Source: Haliotis rufescens
Lineage: Eukaryota
DNA: 64,000 bases
Assembly (NCBI RefSeq): GCF_023055435.1
Contig: NW_025964334.1
Span: 48,980,001 to 49,044,000 of the forward strand
Direction: 5' to 3'
Shown here: one piece after another, positions 13,756 through 26,905 of the stretch
Numbering within the stretch: position 1 is the first letter of the stretch
Layout: each line of letters opens with the position of its first letter
Notes under the pieces: generated by a model
The model's input: only the letters and a program-made list of their open reading frames with translations
What the model was told of the DNA's origin: nothing
Databases searched by the model: none
Translations under genes and position numbers: made by a program

Positions 13756-13914
13756 AGTGAGTGAGTGAGTGGTATGGTTTTTCTCCGCTTTTAGCAATAT
13801 TCCAGTAATATTGCGATGGGGGACACCAGAAATGGGCTTCTCACATTGTACCCATGTGGGGAATCAAACCCGGGACGAGCGAATGCTGTAACCACTAGGA
13901 TACCCCACTGCCCC
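13756..13914 (-). mobile_element. SINE family A
   Basis: tRNA-like head, (GAGT)n tail, TSD aaaact(c/g)aagg. Confidence 0.9.
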
Positions 13915-14489
13915 AAAACTGAAGGGACCCAGGATTCCCTTAAATTTCAAACACTCATGCTATAATGGCTGTTTGATATGATGCATGCTACATGTTACAT
14001 ATTATGCATCTGTCATGCAAAAAGGCCATATGTAATACAATCAGTGTCTGAAATAACTGCCTGCCCACCTGCCCGGGGCTAGTAACTTTTTTCTCAGGCT
14101 GCATGAGATTTTCCTCCACCTGCCGACTGTCTGGATAATTTTAATGATAATTTTTAGACGACTAACATATTCAGTTTTATAACAACTCCTTGTAGATTCT
14201 CAAGTAAGTGTTAGCATTATTTCAACTGAATCAAGATGTGATTTGTTGCTATTTGTTTTGCAATATTTATAATGTCTGAATGCGAGCAGGTAATTTTGAA
14301 GATGGGCAGGCAACATTTAGGGGTCACCTGCCAGGCTGTCGTGTTGGGTTTTAAAATGATATCAAACACTTTATACAAGCATGTGTGTACATGTGGGTTC
14401 CAAGATTTGGTGATATTATGCATGCCATGTGAATATGAGATACAATGTATAAGTGATATTATGCATGTTTAATATGATACCTCTCAAAT

Positions 14490-15423
14490 ACGATGCATGT
14501 GTGATATTCATGTGTGATATGATGCATATGTGATATGATGCATATGTGATACAAATTAACAATTCATGAACGATACAATGCATGTGTGATATTCATATGT
14601 GATATGATGCATATGTGATACAAATTAACAATTCATGAACGATACAATGCATGTGTGATATTCATATGTGATATGATGCATATGTGATACAAATTAACAA
14701 TTCATAAACAATACAATGCATGTGTGATATTCATATGTGATATGATGCATATGTGATACAAATTAACAATTCATGAACGATACAATGCATGTGTGATATT
14801 CATATGTGATACAAATGAACAATTCATGAACGATACGATGCATGTGTGATATCCATATGTGATATGATGCATATGTGATACAAATGAACAATTCATGAAC
14901 AATACAATGCATGTGTGATATTCATATGTGATACAAATGAACAATTCATGAACAATATGATGCATGTGTGATATTCATGTGTGATATGATGCATATGTGA
15001 TACAAATGAACAATTCATGAACAATATGATGCATGTGTGATATTCATATGTGATATGATGCATATGTGATACAAATGAACAATTCATGAACGATACAATG
15101 CATGTGTGATATTCATATGTGATACAAATGAACAATTCATGAACGATACGATGCATGTGTGATATCCATATGTGATATGATGCATATGTGATACAAATTA
15201 ACAATTCATGAACAATACAATGCATGTGTGATATTCATATGTGATACAAATGAACAATTCATGAACAATATGATGCATGTGTGATGTTCATATGTGATAT
15301 GATGCATATGTGATACAAATTAACAATTCATGAACAATATGATGCATGTGTGATGTTCATATGTGATATGATGCATATGTGATGCAAATTAACAATTCAT
15401 GAACAATACGATGCATGTGTGAT
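14490..15423. repeat. Minisatellite with 69-bp and 53-bp units
   Basis: tacaaat(t/g)aacaattcatgaac..tgcatgtgtgatattcatatgtga, with or without a 16-bp subunit. Confidence 0.95.
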
Positions 15424-16440
15424 AAAACGTATGTAAGATTGACCATTATGTGGGTTCAAATAATACACAAACAAATTTTATGACTCAGATTGTCAGATGT
15501 CCCCAATAACATTAGCCTCACTTTGACTGCTATGAAAATGAAAATAGCCAAGAAATATATCCATCTTTAATAACTGACTTATAGTGTTATTGTTTCATAA
15601 ACATCAGCATAAATTTACCTACTGTTCCGAAATGCAAGATACACGCATGGATTATTTCCTAAACAATATAGTTTTAAGCTTGGCCTTTATACTTTTTAAT
15701 GAATTAATATCATTTGGAGCCATTTGTGTTTAATGGTTATGAGCGGCAATGTTTTCCAATCCCAATTCTGTAAATGTTTGTGTATTCAAACTTCCAAATT
15801 ATCACTGACAGTTTTTGACATTTCTAAAATGTTATGATAGCGTTTGATTGTAGCATGAACAATATCGGAGCGTTTTAGAATGTTGTATCACAAACAAGGG
15901 GCCATTGTTTTACGGTACAGATGATCATGGCTAAGTTTATAAACTTTCTAGACATAAACTGTGGCAGTTGATAAGGGCTTGATTCACGAAGGTCTGCACA
16001 AAGACAAGGGGATTTGAAGTTCCACTCCAGAAACAATAGCAAGCACAACCAGGTCATGTCTGTGACAGACAACATGAAAACTCAATAAGGCTCTATTGAT
16101 TACTGATCCCATAGCTTAAAGCAACACTGACAATCATTTTTCAAGAATATTGAATCATTTCCTTTTTTGGTCTTGATGTAATAAGTGACAAATTGATGTC
16201 TTAATCTTGAAAAAATACTACTGCTTGAAAAAATTCATTTGACAAAATTGGATACTTTTTGCTTTTTTTTAGATAATTGTGTGGCAGTGCCCTGAAGCCT
16301 TTGTTGAGCTTATATTCTCAGTAGGTGCAGAGCAGAGTAGTGTTATCTCCCTTACCAATTCCAGGATCAGCTGAACATTGGTTCAGATCCCAGATCACAC
16401 AATCATTGGTTTCATGAAAAACAGTGTTTATCTATCACTT

Positions 16441-16535
16441 TGGAGATTCCAGGTTAGAATAGGTCCCCAGTTACCTTTGCTTGTTGTGTGAGCAGCTAAA
16501 TGTGTCAGCTAGGCAGACTCGGTCTTGGCTGATGG
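16441..16535 (+). mobile_element. Diverged family C head
   Basis: ggagattccaggttagaataggtccccagttacctttgcttgt aligns to the family C 5' end. Confidence 0.65.
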
Positions 16536-16680
16536 CTTGGAATGTCCCCAGCCTTAGAAATTCCCTTAAGACTAGTCTAAAGATCTAGTGTAAACCTTTT
16601 TCCACTAGTCCTCAGAGTTTGTATCTAGTCCTACTTGAAAAGGACAAGAATGATTATTCTGTTTACTTTTATATCAGTTT

Positions 16681-17044
16681 TACCGTATTCAACGTAATAA
16701 GCGCCCCGCTCTAATAAGCGCCCCCTGCGATATTTGCTAATATATTGGCTAGTGAATAATCCCAATTAGCACCCTTCCAATGGATCAATGTACACCAGAC
16801 TTATTTATTATGTATAATACACATTCGTGTGTTATATGCACCCATTAATTACGGGCAATTAAATTCTGGAAAAATATATCTGTCGTGTATAATACGCACC
16901 AACTTTTCTTTTGTATCATTTCAGGCTGTCAGCATATAGCACGAAATTTACGATCTTTCAACTCTTTCACCAAATTATATTCTAATAAGAGCCCCCTATT
17001 TCTAATTTTGAGAGCGCCCTGGGCGCTTATTATGTCGATTATGT
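16681..17044. mobile_element. Tc1/mariner (pogo/Tigger-like) MITE
   Basis: TIR taccgtattcaacgtaataagcgccc / gggcgcttattatgtcg; homologous to 38927-39304 and 41252-41595 in opposite orientation. Confidence 0.85.
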
Positions 17045-17231
17045 CAATTTGTAGCAGAATTGAAGCATTAAAAACGGGTTCAGAAGTTGAGCCCTCATAT
17101 TCTACTGGTCAGCGAGGACTACCCTCACTGGATTTTCTCTTGTCCACCGCACAATTTAGTCGTCTCAGGCTCAGAATTTTGAGGGCTGATTCACTGACTA
17201 GCTTAATCCTGAAACAAAGCTTAGTATAGAG

Positions 17232-17642
17232 TAGAGCTGGGATGGGTAGCCTGTGTACTCGGGTCAGGTGGGTCCCTGGTAGGACCCGGGTACCCACAGG
17301 GTATCTGGAACCATGGCTAGTCATGTGATATATGGTTAAATGACAATAACAATAAAATTCCATGGTTACACTAGTACAAGTCGCTAATGTTCACATTTCT
17401 TTCTGACTATGAACACATTCCTTCTGATTTTTAGATGTTTGAGTAAAGACAAAGCTTCAGTCAACTTCAGTCGATCAGATTGTTTTATACTATTCCTAAC
17501 ACTTTTTGCCAGGTCTCTGGTAAAACAATTCCCAATTGAACATTTTGTTCCAACTCTAGAGACCTACAGTGGGTACCCAGGTAGGGTAGGGTAATAGGGG
17601 GTCGGGTACCCGGGTAGTAAATTTGGACTCGTTCCAGCCGTA
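17232..17642. mobile_element. hAT-like MITE
   Basis: Imperfect TIRs tagagctgggatgggt / actcgttccagccgta; exact 8-bp TSD gtatagag at 17224-17231 and 17643-17650; gggtaccc subterminal repeats. Confidence 0.9.
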
Positions 17643-17867
17643 GTATAGAGCGATATTACCATGGACATCCTACATTGGTAAGATTATTGACACAACACAC
17701 ACCAGAAATTGGGAATCGAACCCAGTTCTTCACAGCATGATGTATGAACGCTTCAACCACTAGGCTACTGTAAGTTTTGGAACTTGTGGTTTGGACTGTG
17801 ATGCACTGTGCCTTTAAGACTGAATGGTTGTTATGTGTGGGAGAACTTTTTAATGTTGCAATGGATG

Positions 17868-18033
17868 AGTGAGTGAGTGAGTATGGTTTTATGCCGCTTT
17901 TAGCAATATTCCAGCAATATCATGGCGGGGGATACCAATAATGGGCTTCACACCTTGGACCAATGTCGGGAATCGAACCCGGGTCTTCGGCGTGACGAGC
18001 GAACGCTTTAACCACTAGGCTACCCGACCGCCC
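17868..18033 (-). mobile_element. SINE family A, full length
   Basis: Minus strand has A box gtagcctagtggtt, B box ggttcgattcc, tail ctggaatattgctaaaagcggc plus (ACTC)n; TSD tgcaat(g/a)gatg. Confidence 0.92.
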
Positions 18034-18364
18034 TGCAATAGATGGGATCATTGAAGTCTTTTGTTTCTCGTATCCATCATATTCCACCCTCAGTTATTTG
18101 TCATGTGTGACAAGGGCAGGTTGTGTTCATCGTTTGCTTCTACAGTAGGGTCCTTCTTTATTTGTGACATTAAGTTAACCCCAAGTTGCATTGTTTGACC
18201 ATATTTACATGAATATAGAATACAATACCTATATCTTGATACCGCTACCATACTTGTTTATTATTTATTGAAAACTAGTTACATGATTGAACTACATTGA
18301 ATTATCATATTTACCGAAATATTGAAACAAAATCACCCCATCATATACTGTCTTGTTTATTCTT

Positions 18365-18862
18365 ACCCCATCTCACCATCCACCCAGCCTCCACCTCACC
18401 ATCCACCAAGCCTCTCATCCTCGCCTAACCCCATCCTGCCTTCCACCTCACCATCCTCCTCACCCCCACCTCACCCTCCACCTCACCCTCCACCTCACCC
18501 TCCGACTCACCATCCACCTCACCCTTCACCTCACCCTCCACCAAACCCTCCGACTCATCATCCACCTGGCCGCCACCTACTTCCCACCTCACCCTCCACC
18601 TAACCCCTACCTCACCCTTCACCTCACCCTCCACCAAACCCTCCGACTCACCACCCACCTAACTCCCACCTAACTCTCCACCTCACCCTTCACCTTGGCC
18701 TCAACCAAACCCTCCGACTCATCATCCACCTGGCCGCCACCTACTTCCCACCTCACCATCCACCTAACCCCTAACTCACCCTTCACCTCACCCTCCACCA
18801 AACCCACCTAACCCTCCACCTCACCATCCACCTAGCATCCCATCTAACCGTACACCTCAACC
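18365..18862. repeat. C-rich low-complexity repeat (CCACCTCACCCT-like)
   Basis: 12-bp periodicity with a duplicated block at ~18541 and ~18706; the Pro/His-rich ORFs are artefacts. Confidence 0.9.
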
Positions 18863-19413
18863 TCCAGAAAACCAACAATGAGGGGCTATCAAAATCTGAT
18901 ACTGTCTGTGTTCAGCAGAATGAAATCTGCTTTTCGTTTCAATCAAACATCAAACATTATGAATATTAATGGAACAAACTGAAGTTATTTGAACAATGTG
19001 ATGAATAATATTTGTAACATTAGTCACTATGCATAACAACTAACAAGATGAATATTATGTCTGTCTAATGTAAAAATTATGAATTATTAATAGTAGAATG
19101 TGTTTGTCATGTACATGTAAGTAAAATGGCAGGATAATGTGCATACCTGCAAGTAATCTATAATGGCTACAGACATTTAATACACTGGTATCCATACTCT
19201 CAATTATTAACAATAGAGACAGGCTGGGCTTATTGTTCATCTACAACCTAATTATTGAAACATATATTTAAGGCCTGGTCAATTGTAGCTGTATTGGCTC
19301 AAACTTAAGGAGTGGGTGGGTGGGTGAGTGAGTGAGTGGGTGGGTGGGTGGGTTTGGGAGTGGGTGAGAGTGTAGAAAACACAATAAAGTTGCTAGATGC
19401 CTTCAGTTGACAC

Positions 19414-20130
19414 GTCCATCTGATTCACCCTTCAGCAGCCATGTTGTCCATCTGATTCACCCTTCAGCAGCCATGTTGTCCATCTTATTCACCATTCAGC
19501 TGCCATGTTGTCCATTTGATTCACCATTCAGCTGCCATGTTGTCCATCTGATTCACCCTTCAGCAGCCATGTTGTCCATCTGATTCACCATTCAGCTGCC
19601 ATGTTGTCCATCTGATTCACCATTCGGCTGTCATGTTGTCCATCTGATTCACCATTCAGCAGCCATCTTGTCCATCTGATTCACCATTCAGCAGCCATCT
19701 TGTCCATCTGATTCACCATTCAGCTGCCATGTTGTCCAGCTGATTCACCATTCAGCTGCCATGTTGTCCATCTGATTCACCATTCAGCTGTCATGTTGTC
19801 CATCTGATTCACCATTCAGCTGCCATGTTGTCCATCTGATTCACCATTCGGCTGCCATGTTGTCCATCTGATTCACCATTCAGCTGCCATGTTGTCCATC
19901 TGATTCACCATTCAGCAGCCATGTTGTCCAGCTGATTCACCATTCAGCTGACATGTTGTCCATCTGATTCACCATTCAGCTGCCATGTTGTCCATCTGAT
20001 TCACCATTCAGCTGCCATCTTGTCCATCTGATTCACCATTCAGCAGCCATCTTGTCCATCTGATTCACCATTCAGCTGCCATGTTGTCCAGCTGATTCAC
20101 CATTCAGCTGCTAGTTGTCCATCTGATTCA
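19414..20130. repeat. Minisatellite, 32-bp unit, ~22 copies
   Basis: Unit gtccatctgattcaccattcagc(t/a)gccatgtt. Confidence 0.95.
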
Positions 20131-21106
20131 CATATTTCATTTATCACTGACATTTTTAGCATTTTTTCTGTGTATGGGATGGCAGATTCTGTAACTCTGA
20201 ATTCAGCATGGTTTGATCATAATTTTATTGAAACATTGAGCAGTGTTCAGAATAAAGGTTCCCTTGAGGTTTGGTCCCTTGTATTTGAATCTAAGGACAC
20301 CCTAAATATTTAACTTGTAAACGGAGTTGGACATGAGTACCCTTTTTGCAAACACCTGGTGTCATCACTGATTTTCAATGATCAATTCATATTATTTTCA
20401 CTGTTATGTCGCCTTTTACACTCGTCGGATGTTTCGTCAGATAATCAAGACTGGATAATCTCTGGCATTGACGTTTTATATATTGTACCATGAGGGCTAG
20501 ACATGACCCTTTTGATTTTTTTTCTTTATTTTTAACCACGTAGAGTATTATGAAAGATTAGTTTATAAGGTGTTCAGGACACAGTGTTGATGATTCAGAA
20601 ACAGAAAGTGATGATTCAGCAGTTTTTGCTTTTACTAATGACCACACAGGACAAGACACAAAGCATACAAGTAAACAAACTCATCAGTCTTAGGACTACA
20701 ACGTTTCAGATGTTGCTCTCACATATTTAAACATTTCTTCATTCAAAGGATACTTTGACGTTTGAACTTGACCAGTTCTCACAACAGTGGGAGACAAACA
20801 CCAGATTTGAACAGCGTAACGCAATATCAGGGCGAGCGACAAGGTAGATCTACTCAGTGGTACAATGTTTGTTTTGACAGCGTAGATTTGTTAAACTACA
20901 ACTCTTAACTAATCATACAATTGGTTTCCCTGCGATTCGATGAATCACGACTTCCTTGCGCATGTTGACATTTTGGGAGGGAATCATAATCTAGCTATCT
21001 ATTGTCAGGGTTTGGTGATGACAATGGTAACTTCTTGTCGGTAAACACGGCATTGTGCCTTGCACCCACTGACAACTAGCTCCTTCACAAGCTTCCCCAG
21101 TTGGGA

Positions 21107-22150
21107 GTATACACGGACATATACCAGCGGTTGTACCATAGTTTTCAGCAGTTGGAACTGTTGCCTGAATGGTTGAACGAGGTGTGAAGTTATTCCCCAT
21201 CATTTTGGAGTATACATGGACATATACCAGCGGTTATACCGTATTTCATCTGTTGGAACTGTTGCTTGAATGGTTGAACCGGGTGTGAAGTTATTCCCCA
21301 TCATTTTGGAGTATACATGGACATATACCAGCGGTTATACCGTATTTCATCTGTTGGAACTGTTGCTTGAATGGTTGAACAGGGTGTGAAGTTATTCCCC
21401 ATCATTTTGGAGTATACATGGACATATACCAGCGGTTATACCGTATTTCATCTGTTGGAACTGTTGCTTGAATGGTTGAACAGGGTGTGAAGTTATTCCC
21501 CATCATTTTGGAGTATACATGGACATATACCAGCGGTTATACCGTATTTCATCTGTTGGAACTGTTGCTTGAATGGTTGAACAGGGTGTGAAGTTATTCC
21601 CCATCATTTTGGAGTATACATGGACATATACCAGCGGTTATACCGTATTTCATCTGTTGGAACTGTTGCTTGAATGGTTGAACCGGGTGTGAAGTTATTC
21701 CCCATCATTTTGGAGTATACATGGACATATACCAGCGGTTATACCGTATTTCATCTGTTGGAACTGTTGCTTGAATGGTTGAACAGGGTGTGAAGTTATT
21801 CCCCATCATTTTGGAGTATACATGGACATATACCAGCGGTTATACCGTATTTCATCTGTTGGAACTGTTGCTTGAATGGTTGAACAGGGTGTGAAGTTAT
21901 TCCACATCATTTTGGAGTATACATGGACATATACCAGCGGTTATACCGTATCTTATCTGTTGAAACTGTTGCTTGAATGGATGAACAGGGTGTGAAGTTA
22001 TTCCCCATCATTTTGGAGTATACATGGACATATACCAGCGGTTATACCATATTTCATTTGTTGTAACTGTTGCTTGAATGGTTGAACGAGGTGTGAAGTT
22101 ATTCCCATCATTTGGTATCATACACGGACATATACCAGCGGTTATACCAA
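21107..22150. repeat. Tandem repeat, 101-bp unit, ~10 copies
   Basis: gtatacatggacatataccagcgg at 21210, 21311, 21412 and onward; internal copies nearly identical, terminal copies diverged. Confidence 0.95.
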
Positions 22151-22483
22151 ACTCTCTGACATGATGAAGGAACTGTTTCTTGAAGGGTTGAACTAGGATT
22201 CAGAGTGTGAGAGTTGGAGGAAGTACAGGATCACCTGGAAGAGGAACCCTGTGGAAGAAGTAAGGCCTTGAGACTTAAGTGATGACTTGAGTATATGAGC
22301 AATTTATACCCAGTTGGCTGTATTGTACATATTCTATTGATAGAAATGTCTGTCTGAAGTATTGTGGTGCTGTAATTAATTAAAAAGTTGGTTGGAAGTT
22401 TCACAGAGCTGTTATGAATTGAAACTGAGGGCTGTTATTAACAGAAAATAGCTGGAAATATTGTACAGCTCTAATTAATGGAA

Positions 22484-24220
22484 AGGAAGTATTTTAGAGC
22501 TGTAATTAACAGACCTGTGAGTGGAAGTATTTTAGAGCTGTAATTAACAGACCTGTGTGTGGAAGTATTTTAGAGCTGTAATTAACAGACCTGTGGGTAG
22601 AAGTATTTTAGAGCTGTAATTAACAGACCTGTGAGTGGAAGTATTTTAGAGCTGTAATTAACAGACCTGTGGGTAGAAGTATTTTAGAGCTGTAATTAAC
22701 AGACCTGTGAGTGGAAGTATTTTAGAGCTGTAATTAACAGACCTGTGTGTGGAAGTATTTTAGAGCTGTAATTAACAGTCCTTGAATTGGAAGTATTTTA
22801 GAGCTGTACTTAACAGACCTGTGAGTGGAAGTATTTTAGAGCTGTAATTAACAGTCCTTGAATTGGAAGTATTTTAGAGCTGTAATTAACAGACCTGTGA
22901 GTGGAAGTATTTTAGAGCTGTAATTAACAGTCCTTGAATTGGAAGTATTTTAGAGCTGTAATTAACAGACCTGTGAGTGGAAGTATTTTAGAGCTGTAAT
23001 TAACAGACCTGTGTGTGGAAGTATTTTAGAGCTGTAATTAACAGACCTGTGAGTGGAAGTATTTTAGAGCTGTAATTAACAGTCCTTGAATTGGAAGTAT
23101 TTTAGAGCTGTAATTAACAGACCTGTGAGTGGAAGTATTTTAGAGCTGTAATTAACAGACCTGTGAGTGGAAGTATTTTAGAGCTGTAATTAACAGACCT
23201 ATTGGTGGAAGTATTTTAGAGCTGTAATTAACAGACCTGTGAGTGGAAGTATTTTAGTGCTTTAATTAACAGACCTGTGAGTGGAAGTATTTTAGAGCTG
23301 TAATTAACAGACCTATTGGTGGAAGTATTTTAGAGCTGTAATTAACAGACCTGTGAGTGGAAGTATTTTAGAGCTGTAATTAACAGACCTATTGGTGGAA
23401 GTATTTTAGAGCTGTAATTAACAGACCTGTGGGTAGAAGTATTTTAGAGCTGTAATTAACAGACCTGTGAGTGGAAGTATTTTAGAGCTGTAATTAAAAG
23501 ACCTGTGTGTGGAAGTATTTTAGAGCTGTAATTAACAGACCTGTGAGTGGAAGTATTTTAGAGCTGTAATTAACAGACCTGTGTGTGGAAGTATTTTAGA
23601 GCTGTAATTAACAGACCTGTGAGTGGAAGTATTTTAGAGCTGTAATTAACAGACCTGTGTGTGGAAGTATTTTAGAGCTGTAATTAACAGACCTGTGAGT
23701 GGAAGTATTTTAGAGCTGTAATTAACAGACCTGTGTGTGGAAGTATTTTAGAGCTGTAATTAACAGACCTGTGAGTGGAAATATTTTAGAGCTGTAATTA
23801 ACAGACCTGTGTGTGGAAGTATTTTAGAGCTGTAATTAACAGACCTGTGTGTGGAAGTATTTTAGAGCTGTAATTAACAGACCTGTGTGTGGAAGTATTT
23901 TAGAGCTGTAATTAACAGACCTGTGAGTGGAAGTATTTTAGAGCTGTAATTAACAGACCTGTGTGTGGAAGTATTTTAGAGCTGTAATTAACTGACCTGT
24001 GAGTGGGAGTATTTTAGAGCTGTAATTAACAGACCTGTGAGTGGAAGTATTTTAGAGCTGTACTTAACAGACCTATTGGTGGAAGTATTTTAGAGCTGTA
24101 ATTAACAGACCTGTGAGTGGAAGTATTTTAGAGCTGTACTTAACAGACCTGTGAGTGGAAGTATTTTAGAGCTGTAATTAACAGACCTGTGAGTGGAAGT
24201 ATTTTAGAGCTGTAATTGAC
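22484..24220. repeat. Satellite, 38-bp unit, ~45 copies
   Basis: Unit ggaagtattttagagctgtaattaacagacctgtg(a/t)gt; degenerate copies extend back to ~22340. Confidence 0.95.
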
Positions 24221-24256
24221 ATAAATGTGGGTTGAAGAAGTTTAGAGCTCTAGGGA

Positions 24257-24467
24257 TTTGGATTGTTTGTTTGTTGTTTTATGCCGCACTCAGCAATATT
24301 CCAGCTTTATGACGGCGATCTGTAAATAATCAAGTCTGGACCAGATAATCCAGTGATTGACATCATGAGCATCGATCCACGAAATTGGGATCGCCTCTTA
24401 CGACAAGCATAGTCGCCTTTTACAGCAAGCATGGGTTGCTGAAGATCTATTCTACCCCGGATCTTCA
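24257..24467 (-). mobile_element. SINE-like family C
   Basis: 13-bp TSD agagctctaggga at 24244-24256 and 24468-24480; head tgaagatccggggtagaatagatcttc; (AAAC)n tail. Confidence 0.92.
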
Positions 24468-24894
24468 AGAGCTCTAGGGAAACAGGGATGCTTCTAAGAA
24501 CAATACCTTTCTTTAAAGGATGCTCCATGATTTTGCAAAATGACAGATGTTAACGTGTATATTAATGTAAGGGGAGTAATTATAGCGTATAGACTTAACA
24601 GCATTAATGTTGATGTCAGGAGGCTACTGTTGTTAGAATTCTTCACAAGAAAGGGTTAATTGAATTGCATTACAAGAGTTTCATTGCCTGAGGGACTGAA
24701 TGCGACCATTATGCATCTGCTGCACACTGTATTAGGTGCATTGCCAAGGGTTGTTATCTTGGTGTCAGGATTGTTTTTAGACCTGGAATATTGATGCAGA
24801 TTGTAGGAAACTTCCTCCAGGAAAACATTACAGAACTGATGGATGCATTCAGATGCATAAACACGTGATGTTTATGTGGCAGAGAAACAGTGTA

Positions 24895-25600
24895 ATTGGT
24901 GATAGAGAAGGGTGGTGATATCTGTTTTATGACCATTGGTTACAGAAAGGGGTGGTGATATCAGTTTTATCCCATTGGTTACATAAAGGGTTGGTGATAT
25001 CAGTTTTATCTCCATTGTTACAGAAAGGAGTGGTGATATCAGTTTTATCCCCATTGGCTACAGAAAGGAGTGGTGATATCTGTTTTATCCCCATTGGTTA
25101 CAGAAAGGGTTGGTGATATCAGTTTTATCTTCATTGGTTACAATAAGGAGAGGTGATATCAGTTTTATCTCCATTATATACAGAAAATGTTGGTAATATC
25201 AGTTTTATCCCATTGGTTACATAAAGGGATGTCAATATCTGTTTTATCCTCATTTGTTATGGAAAGGAGTGGTGATATCTGTTTTATCCTTATTGGTTAC
25301 AGAAAGAAGTGGTGATATCAGTTTTATCCCCATTGGTGACTGAAAGGATTGGTGATATCAGTTTTATACCAACGGTTACAGAAAGGGCTGGTGATATCAG
25401 TTTTATCCCATTGGTTACAGAAAAGGTTGGTAATATCAGTTTTATCCCAATAGTTACAGAAAGGGTTGGTGATATCAGTTTTATCCCATTTGTTACAAAA
25501 AAGGATGCTTATATCTTTTTTATCCCCATTGGTGATAGAAAGAGGTGGTGATAAAAAGGGTTGGAGATATATGTTGTATCCCCCATTGGTGACAGGAAAT
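24895..25600. repeat. Degenerate minisatellite, ~39-40-bp unit
   Basis: ggtgatatcagttttatccccattggttacagaaagg recurring. Confidence 0.9.
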
Positions 25601-25826
25601 ATGAGATATAATGACTAAAACTTAAATTTATGTAAAAGTGAATTTTTTGTATCACAAATACTGTAAGATCACAAAACTTGAGTTTTCTGTTCACCCAGTA
25701 GGTTGTTCCCTGAAGAAACTCCACAACGAAAAACCTGCTGACCTTTCACCTGATTACTCTGCAATTAAACTGTAATATGGCCATTGTCATTGTACTGGAT
25801 GTAGCCATGAAAGACATTTTGCCGTG

Positions 25827-26520
25827 TCATAGCACACAGAATACTTCAGGGGACTCTAGCTTTTGTCGCATGTGGATCGGAGTGTGCTTTGTGTTTTCAA
25901 AAGGTTCCTCTGAGTGTCGCTGCTGAAGAATAAAATATTGTTCATGACGTTTCTTAGAATAGATGCGCTCGCGATAGAAGCTGACACTACCAGGCACACA
26001 TATAGAAATATATCTTTTTTTCTCGCCATTTTCAAATGGACTATATTGTGTACTGGCAAATGGGTGAGCTAATACGATTGTTCTCATTGGGAGTTCACCC
26101 TTCCTCTGTCAACCTATAGCAATGGTTTATCAATTGGTAGCCATGTTTGGCAGGGCGGCTAAACATTTATTTTCTCGCTTGACTATTCTTAAAACAGGAT
26201 TTCTGAAAATATGAATTTCAATGTCTCATTCTTCTGGAAAAATGTCTGTGTTTGTGTTGAGGTTGCGTTCAGTTTGTAGCCATGTTGTGAAAAGAAAGGG
26301 AGTTGAGATTCAAATATTGATTGTAGGGAGATGTTCCTAGAAAACTTCTTCACTTGCCAAACTTTATCTTCCTCTTGGATGTCTATGCTTCGTAACATTT
26401 CATCGTAATGTTGACTCGCTTGGAAATTTACATATATTTTTTTATTAAATATCATTCTATGAGGTCAACGCTTTTTGATACTTATCATATTCAAAAAGTA
26501 TTTCTGAATGAATTTTCTTC
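25827..26520 (-). pseudogene. Possible decayed coding fragment, identity unknown
   Basis: Two consecutive non-repetitive same-strand ORFs (88 and 86 aa) with protein-like composition, linked through frameshifted sequence. Confidence 0.3.
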
Positions 26521-26771
26521 AGTACTTCCTGTTTGGACACTGATGGATAGATATTTTGTACATTAAGTGTTCCATTTGCTTAAGCTCTGTTGTTAATCAT
26601 GTAAATGAAAAAAAAAAATATTCACTTGATTTTACTTTACCTCCAAGAGGTTATTACAGAAAATGATCCAACTACAGATAAGATCAGAAACTATTGCCAT
26701 GGTTACACTAAAGTGACATTTGTCATGACAAATGTTTCAATATTGATGTTCACATTATGTTGCAAAACTAA

Positions 26772-26905
26772 TGTCAGAACTGTAAATGTTGCAATACTAA
26801 TGTCAGAACTGTAAATGTTGCAAGACTGCTGTCAGAACCGTAAATGTTGCAATACTGCTGTCAGAACCGTAAATGTTGAATACTAATGTCAGAACTTTAA
26901 ATTTT
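26772..26905. repeat. 29-bp tandem repeat, ~4-5 copies
   Basis: tgtcagaac(t/c)gtaaatgttgcaatact. Confidence 0.85.

Noticed and set aside
17960-18033. tRNA gene
   Set aside because: The tRNA-like sequence is a SINE head joined to a body and tail with TSDs.
20675-20745. Intact hammerhead ribozyme (CTGATGAG and GAAAC on the minus strand)
   Set aside because: Stem I cannot form and the alternative core is mutated (ATGAAGA); at most a degenerate remnant.
22484-24220. CRISPR-like appearance of regular ~38-bp repeats
   Set aside because: No unique spacers, no cas genes, and a eukaryotic context.
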